Origin: Candidatus Eremiobacteria bacterium
GTDB taxonomy: Bacteria > Vulcanimicrobiota > Vulcanimicrobiia > Vulcanimicrobiales > Vulcanimicrobiaceae
DNA length: 64,000 bases
Assembly (NCBI GenBank): GCA_963758295.1
Contig: CAVWUU010000004.1
Span: forward strand, 1,248,001 to 1,312,000
Reading direction: 5' to 3'
Shown: in pieces, positions 10,049 through 19,476 of the stretch
Layout: each line of letters opens with the position of its first letter
Numbering within the stretch: the stretch's first letter is position 1
Translations under genes and position numbers: made by a program
Notes under the pieces: model-generated
Database searches by the model: none
What the model saw: only the letters and a program-made list of their open reading frames with translations
What the model was told of the DNA's origin: nothing

Positions 10049-10179
10049 AAGAATGCCCGCACGTTCACGCCGCGAAATGAACCGCCCTGCGCCGGCAAGC
10101 GGTCCGTCAAAGGTCGCACGGGCTAGTGCGACGTGGGCTGCATAAGGTGGCGGCGGATTGCTGGTAAAGTATTAGCGTC

Positions 10180-11274
10180 ATGCCCCATATCGAGATCGAG
10201 ATCAATCCGCTAACCAACATCAGCGAACTGGTGAAGCAGCTTCCGATTGCCGCGGAAGTTCTTACGCAGTTCGGACTTGGGTGCTCCGGATGCGGCGTCA
10301 GCAAATACGAAACGATCGACCAGGGCGCAAAAGCGCACGGTCTGCGAACCGAGCCGATTATCGCCGCCTTGTCGCAGGCCCGGCTTTCCGGGTTCGTGCC
10401 GTTGATCTCGAATGAAGACCGTCGTCCCACGCGTCGCGCGCCCGGAACGTTCTCCGGACGCGCGCGCATCAAATACGTCGTTCCCGTCATGTCCGGCAAA
10501 GGCGGCGTAGGCAAGTCGCTTGTTACGGCGTTGTTTGCGCTCGGACTTCGCCGCAAACATCTTTCGGTCGGTATTCTGGACGGCGACATTACCGGTCCGT
10601 CGATTCCAAAGCTCTTCGGCCTAACGACGCCGCTCGCGATTGAAGCCGATCCTAACGCGCCGAAAACGCCGCAAGGCAATCCGCAACCCCTGATGGTGCC
10701 GGCCGTTTCGCGCAGCGCCATCGAAGTCGTTAGCGCGAACTTGCTCACCGACAAAGAAGACACGGCGATGATCTGGCGCGGTCCGATTCTTTCGGGCGTC
10801 ATCCGCCAGTTCTACGAACAAGTGTTGTGGAGCGACCTCGACGTGTTGCTCATCGATCTTCCGCCGGGCACGTCGGACGCGCCGCTAACGGTATTGCAAT
10901 CGCTAAGCGTTGACGGTGTCGTGCTCGTAACGATGCCGCAGGCGCTCGCGACGATGATCGTTCGCAAGGCCGCGAATCTCGTGCATCAACTCAAGAAGCC
11001 TATTCTCGGCGTCGTCGAAAACATGTCGTACTTCGTTGCGCCCGACACCGGCACGCGCTACGAAATCTTCGGCCCCTCCTACGCCGACCGCGTCGCCGAA
11101 CTCGCGCAGGCGCCGGTGCTCGCCCGCATTCCGATCGATCCGAAAAAAGCCGCCCTCGCCGACGAAGGGCGCGTCGAAGAGATCGACGACCCCGTCTGCG
11201 ACCAACTCGCTTCCGCCCTCTTAGCCCAACTCGAAGCCCGCCCCAAACCCAAGGAAATCATCTCTATCATCTAA
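10180..11274 (+). CDS. apbC: Mrp/NBP35 (ApbC) Fe-S cluster carrier ATPase with N-terminal DUF1858-like CxxC domain
   Basis: SGKGGVGKS, DGDITGPSIP, WRGP, DLPPGTSD, GVVENMS; N-terminal FGLGCSGC..ETI..GA..HG. Confidence 0.85.
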   Translation: MPHIEIEINPLTNISELVKQLPIAAEVLTQFGLGCSGCGVSKYETIDQGAKAHGLRTEPIIAALSQARLSGFVPLISNEDRRPTRRAPGTFSGRARIKYVVPVMSGKGGVGKSLVTALFALGLRRKHLSVGILDGDITGPSIPKLFGLTTPLAIEADPNAPKTPQGNPQPLMVPAVSRSAIEVVSANLLTDKEDTAMIWRGPILSGVIRQFYEQVLWSDLDVLLIDLPPGTSDAPLTVLQSLSVDGVVLVTMPQALATMIVRKAANLVHQLKKPILGVVENMSYFVAPDTGTRYEIFGPSYADRVAELAQAPVLARIPIDPKKAALADEGRVEEIDDPVCDQLASALLAQLEARPKPKEIISII

Positions 11275-11277
11275 CGC

Positions 11278-11416
11278 CCCGTCATGCTAAGCAGCGGCGT
11301 ATGCCGCGTAGTCGAAGCACGGGCGCATCGCATTTGTGCGGATATAGCAGCTAAAAGGCTTTTAAAAAAAGCAAAGCTGATATGCGCTTGTCGTTCGACA
11401 AGCTCAGGATGACGGG
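11278..11416. repeat. CGTC-tagged REP-like palindromic element between convergent genes
   Basis: Left arm CCCGTCATGCTAAGC...GTCGAAGCAC and right arm TTCGACAAGCTCAGGATGACGGG are imperfect inverted repeats around an AT-rich hairpin core. Confidence 0.6.
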
Positions 11417-11430
11417 TTCGATCGCCCTCC

Positions 11431-12873
11431 TTAGTCCGGCGACGGAACGGCTTGGAGACTCGCGGCCTTCGCGCGGCGGCTTCCGGCCGCGAAAACGGCA
11501 CAGCCGCTACCGACCATTATCGCGGTTAACAGTAACACCTTGCCCACCGCAAGCGGTTTGTTCGGTTCGTCGGCGGCGGGAACGAGTGCAAGCGCGATTG
11601 CGCCGCTCGTCGTCACGAGCCCAATGAGACCCGCAATCGTCACAGTGATTTTTCCGCCGGGAATGTGAATCGCGTCGAGTCCCGCCGCGGCGCGCAATTT
11701 TATCGCAGATGCGAACAGCAGCAAGAATGGCGCCAGCGTAATGACAACCGTCGAACTAACTAAAACTTCGTAAGCTCCGCGAACCGTAGTTCCGCCCTGG
11801 CCCAAGAAAATGAAGATCACCGAAATCCCGGCCTGCGTTAAAAGCGCGGTGACCGGCGACTTCCAACGCGGATGCATGTGCCCGAACGACGGCGGAAGAT
11901 AGCGATCGATGCCCGCAACGAATGGAATGCGCGCTTCAGCGCCAAGCCAGGCGCCGACGCTGCCCAAACAACTGATCGTCACGAGAATTGCCGCAAACGG
12001 CACGAGGAACGGCAATCCGATGCGGCTCGCAACGTGCCCGATGCCCTGCATGACGCCGGACGACGGATCCACCGCATTCGGCGTTAGCACCGAGAGAAGC
12101 GCGAGCGTTCCAAGAATGTAAATTGCCCCAATCGCCGGCGCCGCAAGCGCAAGACCAAACGGAATCGTTCGCCGCGGGTTTTTCACCTCGCCGGCCATGA
12201 ACGACATGCCTTCAGGGCCGGTCCATGCGAAAGCGATAACGGACCAGAAGATGAGGTCTTTGAGCGCGAAGCCCGGCTTAAGCGTTGCGGCATTAATCGT
12301 CGTTGCGGGCCCGAATTTCCACCATGCCGCGGCCCCAAGCGCAAGCAACAGCAGCGTAACCGTCCAGCGGCTTAGCGCGCCGGCGTTATTCAACCATTTG
12401 GCGGCGTCTAACCCATAAATATTGAGAGCCGTGGCAAGCGCGAGTCCGGCAATAGCGACGGCGATGAAGTACGGTGCGGATCCCGCAAGGCTGCCGCCGG
12501 CGTTCCCTGAGATCCATAGCGCGTTTCCAGCCGTGAAGTACAAAAGCGCCGGAAAGTAAGGCAAATTGGCGGTCCAGTACGTCCAGCCGGTAATAAATCC
12601 GGCGAACGGCCCAAAAGCCGTCTTGCTCCAGACATACATTCCGCCCTCGTCGGGAAAGCGCGAGGCTAGATGGATCACCGCAATCGAGAGCGGCACGAAC
12701 ATCGCGAGACACCCGATAACCCAAACGACGATGGAACTCGGGCCGGCTGCGGCAGCGGTCGCCACCCATTGCAAATTGGAGCCCGCAATTACGAAGAACA
12801 GCACGACGTCGATGAGGCGCATGCTGCGCTTCAATTCTTGTCCGCTCGCCGTCTCCTGGACGTCGGCCGCCAT
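11431..12873 (-). CDS. APC family amino acid permease
   Basis: About 12 hydrophobic segments; FPDEGGMYVWSKTAFGP, AGEVKNPRRTIP motifs. Confidence 0.88.
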   Translation of the reverse strand: MAADVQETASGQELKRSMRLIDVVLFFVIAGSNLQWVATAAAAGPSSIVVWVIGCLAMFVPLSIAVIHLASRFPDEGGMYVWSKTAFGPFAGFITGWTYWTANLPYFPALLYFTAGNALWISGNAGGSLAGSAPYFIAVAIAGLALATALNIYGLDAAKWLNNAGALSRWTVTLLLLALGAAAWWKFGPATTINAATLKPGFALKDLIFWSVIAFAWTGPEGMSFMAGEVKNPRRTIPFGLALAAPAIGAIYILGTLALLSVLTPNAVDPSSGVMQGIGHVASRIGLPFLVPFAAILVTISCLGSVGAWLGAEARIPFVAGIDRYLPPSFGHMHPRWKSPVTALLTQAGISVIFIFLGQGGTTVRGAYEVLVSSTVVITLAPFLLLFASAIKLRAAAGLDAIHIPGGKITVTIAGLIGLVTTSGAIALALVPAADEPNKPLAVGKVLLLTAIMVGSGCAVFAAGSRRAKAASLQAVPSPD

Positions 12874-12924
12874 TGGCTAGGACGTATTAGGCGCGCGGCC
12901 GTAAGATCATTGCGGGAGGTGCCA

Positions 12925-14046
12925 ATGTCGTCGAACAACCCCGGCCCGCTCCAACGTACCCTTCCCCGTGCCGCGTATTGGGACGCCTCGTTCTTTGCGC
13001 GCGAGCAACGCGCGATTTTTTGGGACCAATGGTTTTGCGCGGGACGCATAGGCTCACTCGACACAACGGGCGCGTATCGCGTCGTCGACGTTGCAGGTGA
13101 GAGCGTCATCGTCATTCGCGATGACGACGGCATCCTTCGCGCGCATGCGAACGTTTGCCGCCATCGCGGGAGCCGTTTACTGTGCGGCGAGGGCGTCTTA
13201 CGCGGCGCAATCCGTTGTCCGTACCATGGGTGGGCGTATGCTGCGGACGGCCGCTTGATGGCGACCCCGTTCATCGAATCCGAATGCGTTCCGGCGGAGG
13301 CGAGACGCCTGTACGAGGTGCACGCGGATACTTGGGGCGGATTTCTGTTCCTTCGCGTTCATCCGCCGGCAACTCCGCGGGACGGCCTGGCCGAGCAATT
13401 GAACGGCGTACCGGAACGTCTCGCACGTTATCCATTGGAACAGCTTCGCACCGCAAAGTCGATTCACTATGAAGTAGCGGCGAATTGGAAAGTGATCCTG
13501 GAAAACTACAACGAGTGCTACCATTGCGCGGGCATTCATCCGGAGCTTTGCAAGATCGTTCCGGCGTTCAAGCGCCGCGGCGGCGCCGAGCTCAATTGGG
13601 ACGACGGCATCCCGCATCGCGAAGGCGCGTTTACGTTCACGGCTTCGGGGACGACCGTGCGCGAGCCGTTTCCCGGATTGGACGAACACGAACGCACGCG
13701 CCACAAAGGCGAGCTGATTTATCCAAACGTGATGCTCAGTTTGGCGGCCGACCACGTCGCCGCATTTACCCTCTGGCCACAAGCGCCGGATCGAACGGAG
13801 ATCGTTTGCGATTTTCTATTCTATCCAAGGGAAATCGAACGCGATTGCTTCGATCCGTCGGACGCCGTCGATTTCTGGGATCTCGTGAATCGACAGGACT
13901 GGGCGATTTGCGAAAGCGTGCAAGGCGGCATGCGTTCGGAGTTCTTCCGATACGGCTACTATGCGCCGATGGAAGATTACAGTCTGGATATCCGGCGTTA
14001 TGTCGGCGAGCGCGTCGGCATCCAAGCCTTCGAGACGGAGGCGTAA
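12925..14046 (+). CDS. Rieske non-heme iron oxygenase alpha subunit (choline/betaine monooxygenase-like)
   Basis: CRHRG...CPYHGW Rieske motif; NWK..ENYNECYHC..IH and QDW.ICE.VQ.G iron site; start moved to ATG 12925 behind GGGAGG. Confidence 0.88.
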   Translation: MSSNNPGPLQRTLPRAAYWDASFFAREQRAIFWDQWFCAGRIGSLDTTGAYRVVDVAGESVIVIRDDDGILRAHANVCRHRGSRLLCGEGVLRGAIRCPYHGWAYAADGRLMATPFIESECVPAEARRLYEVHADTWGGFLFLRVHPPATPRDGLAEQLNGVPERLARYPLEQLRTAKSIHYEVAANWKVILENYNECYHCAGIHPELCKIVPAFKRRGGAELNWDDGIPHREGAFTFTASGTTVREPFPGLDEHERTRHKGELIYPNVMLSLAADHVAAFTLWPQAPDRTEIVCDFLFYPREIERDCFDPSDAVDFWDLVNRQDWAICESVQGGMRSEFFRYGYYAPMEDYSLDIRRYVGERVGIQAFETEA

Positions 14047-15213
14047 ATGCAGCAAGAATACGATGCAATCATCCTAGGGCTGGGCGGAATCGGAAGCGGC
14101 GCAGCTTATTGGCTTGCCAAACGCGGTTCGAGCGTCCTTGGCATCGAACGGTTTGAACTCGGCCATGCTCGCGGCGAATCGCACGACCATTCGAGAATCA
14201 TCCGGCTCTCTTATCATACGCCGGCGTACGTTAAGCTTGCGAAAGAAGCCTACGAGGCTTGGGCGTCGGTCGAGAATGACGCGTCGGAGCGCATCGTGCA
14301 TAGGACGGGAGGCCTGGACCTCGGCCCGCGCAACGGCGCAATCCCGTTGCAAGGGTATGCCGACGCGATGCGCGCCTGCGACGTCCCCTTTGAAACGCTC
14401 GACGCGGCCGAAATACGGCGGCGTTATCCCCCGTTCGAGATCGGTGAAGACGTTACGGGACTTTTTCAAAGTGAAAGCGGCATCGTCGCGGCCGAGCGCG
14501 GTACTGCGGCCCATCAGCGGCTCGCGCGCGAATTCGGTGCCGAGTTGGTCGCGGGAGCGGCGGTCGAGAACGTCGAGATCTCGTCCGGTGAGGCGATCGT
14601 GCAAACGGCGGCGGCGACCTATCGAGCGAAGGAGCTTATCGTCACCGCGGGACCGTGGACCAACGCCGCTCTAGCGCCATTGCGAATGCAGCTTCCGCTT
14701 GAAGTCACCAAGGAACAAGCGATGTACTTCATTCCGCAAGACATTACGCCGTTCGAATTCGGGCGCTTTCCGGTTTGGATCTGGATGGACGATCCTTCGT
14801 TCTACGGATTTCCCGTTTTCGGCGAAAGGGGAGCGGTGAAGGTAACGCAAGACGCCGGCGGTAAGCCGGTCGATGCAAACACCCGCGGCTTCGAGCCCGA
14901 CGAGGAGATCACGTCTCGCGTAAGGACGTTCCTCGATCGGCACATTCCGCTCCTCAACGGCCGCGAGCATCTCGTGAAGACCTGTTTGTATACCTTGACG
15001 CCCGATCGTGATTTCGTCATCGATACGTTGCCTGGCTTTCCGAACGTACACGTAGCGATCGGCGCGGGACACGCGTTTAAGTTCGCGTCGGTTATCGGCC
15101 GGATCTTGAGCGATTTGGCACTTTATGCCTCAACGGATTCAGATATCTCGGCGTTCACCTTCCAGCGGCCGATTCTGCACATGACGGAGCCGCCGAAGAC
15201 TTACATGGTTTGA
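14047..15213 (+). CDS. solA: N-methyl-L-tryptophan oxidase / monomeric sarcosine oxidase family flavoprotein
   Basis: GLGGIGS FAD-binding motif, SHDHSRIIR, KTCLYTLTPDRDFVID (covalent-FAD Cys), GHAFKFA; abuts the Rieske stop codon. Confidence 0.85.
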   Translation: MQQEYDAIILGLGGIGSGAAYWLAKRGSSVLGIERFELGHARGESHDHSRIIRLSYHTPAYVKLAKEAYEAWASVENDASERIVHRTGGLDLGPRNGAIPLQGYADAMRACDVPFETLDAAEIRRRYPPFEIGEDVTGLFQSESGIVAAERGTAAHQRLAREFGAELVAGAAVENVEISSGEAIVQTAAATYRAKELIVTAGPWTNAALAPLRMQLPLEVTKEQAMYFIPQDITPFEFGRFPVWIWMDDPSFYGFPVFGERGAVKVTQDAGGKPVDANTRGFEPDEEITSRVRTFLDRHIPLLNGREHLVKTCLYTLTPDRDFVIDTLPGFPNVHVAIGAGHAFKFASVIGRILSDLALYASTDSDISAFTFQRPILHMTEPPKTYMV

Positions 15214-16715
15214 TGGTTCGCCGCGTCGTAGACGACCGATCCGTCTATCCACGTCTGCAACACGTTGATGTCGCTTAGGGCGTCACCATCGAACGGATCC
15301 CGATCGAGAATCGTCAAATCGGCCGCTAGGCCAGGCGTGCAATTTCCTGTTAGCGTTTCGCCGTAGCCGAAGCGCGCGGCATTGACGGTGTACATCGCTA
15401 ATGCCTCGTGCACGTCCAAGCGTTCCAGCGGCTCGTGATGGTCGATGCACGCCTGCATGCCGGCAAGTGGATTGAGATCGCACACGGGGCTGTCGGCGCC
15501 GCCGCAAAGCACGGCGCCGGAACGCGCAATCTTCGCGAGGGCGTTCATTTTTCGAGCGCGCCCTTCGCCTAAGCGCGCGTCGTACATGCCTCCTCGCATT
15601 CCCCAGGCGGCGTCAAATTGCGGCTGCATCGAAAGATAGATATTCATTCCGGCACACGCCGCGATGTGATCTTCGCTCGCCATCTCGAAATGTTCGATAA
15701 AATGGCGCGTTCCGCGCGGCGAAGGTCTTCCGCCAAGCACCCTGCGCCACATTCGCACGCACTGATCGATTGCGGCGTCTCCTATCGCGTGTACGCCGGC
15801 AGCTATGCCGAGCGCTTCGGCACCGGCGAAATACTCGTACAATTCGTCGTCGCTGAAGCGCAACGAGCCCGTCGAATCGCTTTCCTCGTACGGATGCGAA
15901 AGCGCCGCGGTACAGCTGCCGATCGATCCATCCAAAAAAACGTCGCCGCCGATGGCTTTGAGCCCGAAGTCATGCGCGAGCGCTGCATCCGGTTCGCAAA
16001 TCTTCGGATGGATCTTTGCCGGAAGCGTACGCAAGAATTCCACATCCTCCGCGTAGCCGGCGCGAGTGCGCCCTATCAGTTGCGCGTGCAGATGCGCCAC
16101 ACCGCGGCTGTGCGCGAGCCGGACGGCGCGAAGTTCCGCGTCGCGCACGATCGCATTCGAAAATCCCTCGAGAAACTTGGATTGCGCGAACCAATTGGCG
16201 TCGAGGAAGAGGCGGCCGGTCGGCTCGCCGTCTCGAGTTTCCATGCCTCTCATGCCGCCGGGCACTGCAAGCCAGGCAAGCGTCGCGCGATTCACGATGC
16301 ATGAATGCGCGTCTACGCGAACGATCATCGCGCGAGTGTCGCCGTGCAAGCGCTCGAGCGGAGCGGCATCGGCGCGCTTTCCGTCAAGCCACAACGCGTC
16401 GTCGTAGCGTGACGCGTAGACGGTGCCGTCTTGACGCGGCACGGCGGCCACCGCGCGATCGAACTCTTCGTAAGAACGCACGCCTGAGAGGTCTCGTTCC
16501 CCGGCAGCGTACCCCGTGCCCGCGAGGTGCACATGGCAGTCGGCAAAAGCGGGAAGAACCGTAGCACCGTTGAGATCGCGGCGTTCCGCCGTTGCCGGTG
16601 CTTCACGGTCGAGCGCAACGATACGATTTTCGTCGACGATCATGCTGCGATGACGCCGAAAGCGTCCGCTCTCGAAGTCGTACCGGTAAACTCGTGCATT
16701 AAAGAAGTAGATCAC
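15201..16715 (-). CDS. YtcJ-like amidohydrolase (amidohydrolase 3 family)
   Basis: LPAFADCHVH, FLDGSIGSCTA, HAIGDAA, IEHFE, SMQP, GGADSP motifs; start estimated at GTG 16715. Confidence 0.85.
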   Translation of the reverse strand: MIYFFNARVYRYDFESGRFRRHRSMIVDENRIVALDREAPATAERRDLNGATVLPAFADCHVHLAGTGYAAGERDLSGVRSYEEFDRAVAAVPRQDGTVYASRYDDALWLDGKRADAAPLERLHGDTRAMIVRVDAHSCIVNRATLAWLAVPGGMRGMETRDGEPTGRLFLDANWFAQSKFLEGFSNAIVRDAELRAVRLAHSRGVAHLHAQLIGRTRAGYAEDVEFLRTLPAKIHPKICEPDAALAHDFGLKAIGGDVFLDGSIGSCTAALSHPYEESDSTGSLRFSDDELYEYFAGAEALGIAAGVHAIGDAAIDQCVRMWRRVLGGRPSPRGTRHFIEHFEMASEDHIAACAGMNIYLSMQPQFDAAWGMRGGMYDARLGEGRARKMNALAKIARSGAVLCGGADSPVCDLNPLAGMQACIDHHEPLERLDVHEALAMYTVNAARFGYGETLTGNCTPGLAADLTILDRDPFDGDALSDINVLQTWIDGSVVYDAANHQTM

Positions 16716-16730
16716 GAACGTGGAGTACCA

Positions 16731-17897
16731 ATGAAAGCTCGCCAACTCTTGCTGGGTGCCGCGGCCGGCATAGAAGCCGGATACACCATCGTGCGCGCCG
16801 TACAAGCCTATCGCGCGCTGCGCACGCCCGCGGTGCAGTCTTCACCTGATTCAGCAAGCTATGGCCGCATTCGGCGCGCTTTAGCGGCAAGCGGCGCCGC
16901 CAGATCGCTCGTGGGAACGCTCGCATTTGCCTACGGTCCTCTTGCGGCGCAATTCCAGCGCGCGATAAAGCTTCCGCCGTTCGTACGTCCGGCCGCATTC
17001 TTCGGTGCCGTCGCGCTGGCCGGAACAATTCTGGACCTGCCCGTCGCTTTCGTCGAAGAGCACGCGCTCGAACGTGCTTATGGACTGAGCGAACAAGATC
17101 TGCGCGGGTGGCTTTCGGATTCATTGAAGAGCGCGGCCATCGGTGCAACCCTTGCCGCGCTGCTCGGAACGCTGGGCGTGCTCGCAATTCGCCGGTTCCC
17201 ACGATCGTGGCCCGTTGCGGCATCGGCCGGGCTTCTGCCGTTGCTGGTCCTTGCCAATATCGTCGTACCGCTTTACATTCTTCCGCTTTATAATACATTC
17301 GAGCCGCTCGAAGGACCGCTCGAGCGAAGACTTCGCGCCCTGGCTGCCAGGTTCAGCGTGGGCGATGCGGAGATTCTTCGGATGAATATGAGCCGTCAAA
17401 CGAAAAAGGCGAACGCGTTTGTAACCGGGATCGGGCAAACGCATCGCATCGTGCTTGGCGACACGCTGGTCGATCGTTTTGAAGCCGAAGAGATCGAGTT
17501 CGTCGTCGCACACGAATTGGGCCACTACGTGAGCAAGGACACGTGGCGCATGATCGCGATCGCCGAATTATCTACGGCGGCGCTGCTCTTTGCCGCATCG
17601 CGAATCGCTAAAGACGACGAGGACCGGCCGGTCTTAGCCTTCCTTCGCGTCTATGCGCTGGTCGCGACGGGAATGCACGTGCTTCGGCCGGCACTGAACG
17701 CATTTTCGCGATCGCGCGAATGGGCGGCGGACCGGTTTGCGCTGGGCGCAACCGGCGACGCTAAAGGCGGTGCTGCGGCATTCCGGCGGCTGCGCGATCA
17801 GAATCTTGCCGAAGACGACGTACCGGTTTGGTACGAAACGATCTTCGGCTCGCACCCGAGTCTTGGAAAACGGATAAAAGAACTTGAACGTACGTGA
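16731..17897 (+). CDS. M48 family (Ste24-like) membrane metalloprotease
   Basis: ANAFVTG, AHELGH (HExxH), SRSREWAADRFA, SHPSLGKRI; ATG 16731 behind GGAG. Confidence 0.88.
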   Translation: MKARQLLLGAAAGIEAGYTIVRAVQAYRALRTPAVQSSPDSASYGRIRRALAASGAARSLVGTLAFAYGPLAAQFQRAIKLPPFVRPAAFFGAVALAGTILDLPVAFVEEHALERAYGLSEQDLRGWLSDSLKSAAIGATLAALLGTLGVLAIRRFPRSWPVAASAGLLPLLVLANIVVPLYILPLYNTFEPLEGPLERRLRALAARFSVGDAEILRMNMSRQTKKANAFVTGIGQTHRIVLGDTLVDRFEAEEIEFVVAHELGHYVSKDTWRMIAIAELSTAALLFAASRIAKDDEDRPVLAFLRVYALVATGMHVLRPALNAFSRSREWAADRFALGATGDAKGGAAAFRRLRDQNLAEDDVPVWYETIFGSHPSLGKRIKELERT

Positions 17898-18432
17898 ACG
17901 CCTGCAAGGCGGAGATCGCCACCAGCTGGGAAACGCCGATGCCGTCGCGAGCGATATCTTACGCTATCCGGATCGATTCGCGGATCTATTCGATACGATC
18001 CTGGACGAAGATCCGGTCGTGCGTATGCGAGCTGCGGACGCAGCCGAAAAAGTGACGCGCGGACGTCCGGATCTTCTCGTTCCATTTCGTAAACGCCTCA
18101 TCGATGAAGCGGGCGCCGTAGCTCAGCCCGAAGTGCGCCGGTCCGTCGCCAAAATGCTGCCGCGAATAAAATACGAGCCGAAAGAACGGCACAAGGCGGT
18201 GAAACTGCTCGAAAGCTTTTTGGAAGATCCGAACGACGGAGTCGTGGTTTCTGCCTTGCATGCGCTGACCGATTTCGCCAATGACGATGCGATTTTACGC
18301 GAGCGGATGCTGCCCCGCCTGGAGCGCATGGTTCGGCGCGGAAATCCGGCGGTGCAAAGTCAGGGTCGCAAGCTGCTTGCGAGACTGAGCTCGCAACACG
18401 CCAAGCGCCGCCCTCATTCCCCGTCGAAGTAA
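17884..18432 (+). CDS. HEAT-repeat-like hypothetical protein
   Basis: DEDPVVRMRAADAAEK, PEVRRSVA, DPNDGVVVSAL helical repeats. Confidence 0.65.
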   Translation: MNVRERLQGGDRHQLGNADAVASDILRYPDRFADLFDTILDEDPVVRMRAADAAEKVTRGRPDLLVPFRKRLIDEAGAVAQPEVRRSVAKMLPRIKYEPKERHKAVKLLESFLEDPNDGVVVSALHALTDFANDDAILRERMLPRLERMVRRGNPAVQSQGRKLLARLSSQHAKRRPHSPSK

Positions 18433-19472
18433 TCCAATGCCGGCTCCGACCGGACGATCAGGCCGCGGCTGCTCAGCGCCACTTTTTTGGAATCCGGATA
18501 AAACGCGACGTCGTTTTCTTCGTCGTTTCCGACGAGGAGCAGCGTGACCGGCTCGTCGCTTTCGTTCAGGAGCTGATGTGAGCCGCGCTCCCCGGTCGGA
18601 AACGCAATGAAGTCGCCCCGTTCGAGCCGTAGCGTCTCGTTCGGCGTGCGAATCGACGGCGTACCGTCGAGCACGTAGAAAAACTCTTCTTCCAAGTCGT
18701 GCGAGTGCATTGGACAGTATTTGCCGCCGGGTTGCAGGCGCGCAAGGCGATATCCCAAACGACGCGCACCGATCATGAATCCAATCTCGGCATCCTCGCC
18801 CGTGAATCTTCCGTCGGGGCCGCTATCTTCGATCCACTTCAAGTCGCGAACGTTAACACGATTGACCGCGATGCCGCCATACCGGAATAAAAGTTCGTCG
18901 AGCGCCCAATGCGCGCCCGCGAAAAGCGGAGCGCCGTCACACAGCAACAAGCATTCAGGCCGCGCTGCCGCCACCACGCGCAACGATAGCGCTAACTGCG
19001 AAACGTCGCCGAGCTTGGCCGCCGGAAGAAAGTCCAGCGCACCAGCCGGCGTTCCAAGAATCGCATCACCGATGACGGCGAATCCACCGCTCCCCGAGAC
19101 AAGCGCAATCTCGCCCGGCGTTTTGGCGCCGCCGAGCGCAACGATCTGAAAGCCGCCGTGAACGTCGCCATCCTCTAGCAGCACATCGGCTTGGAAGGGA
19201 AGCAACGGCGCTTCCGTTGCGCTGCAGGCCACCCGCGCGCCGCTCCACGCCTGCAAGTTCTCCGCGTCGCGAACGTGATCGCGGTTGGTAATGACGATCG
19301 TGTCGACGCCACCGAACCGCTCGACTTCATCACGATCTTCCGAAGTCAGCGGTAGCGGATCGACCGCAATGTTGCCGTCGGGCAACACGAAGAAGTAACT
19401 GTTGAAGGACATTGCGCGATCCGGCTGCCACACCGACCATGTATACGCCCCCGCAATCTTGAGCGGCTGCAT
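18414..19472 (-). CDS. Metallo-beta-lactamase-fold domain fused to a C-terminal cupin domain
   Basis: N-terminal AVDP, TNRDHVRD, KTPGE, IGDA; C-terminal HSHDLEEEFFYVLDG..GDFIAFP..HQLLN..YPDS cupin; start estimated at ATG 19472. Confidence 0.75.
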   Translation of the reverse strand: MQPLKIAGAYTWSVWQPDRAMSFNSYFFVLPDGNIAVDPLPLTSEDRDEVERFGGVDTIVITNRDHVRDAENLQAWSGARVACSATEAPLLPFQADVLLEDGDVHGGFQIVALGGAKTPGEIALVSGSGGFAVIGDAILGTPAGALDFLPAAKLGDVSQLALSLRVVAAARPECLLLCDGAPLFAGAHWALDELLFRYGGIAVNRVNVRDLKWIEDSGPDGRFTGEDAEIGFMIGARRLGYRLARLQPGGKYCPMHSHDLEEEFFYVLDGTPSIRTPNETLRLERGDFIAFPTGERGSHQLLNESDEPVTLLLVGNDEENDVAFYPDSKKVALSSRGLIVRSEPALDYFDGE

Positions 19473-19476
19473 CGTC

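Noticed and set aside
11411..11430. GGTTCGATC resembling a tRNA T-loop
   Set aside because: No cloverleaf, D-arm or acceptor stem; it borders the REP-like element.
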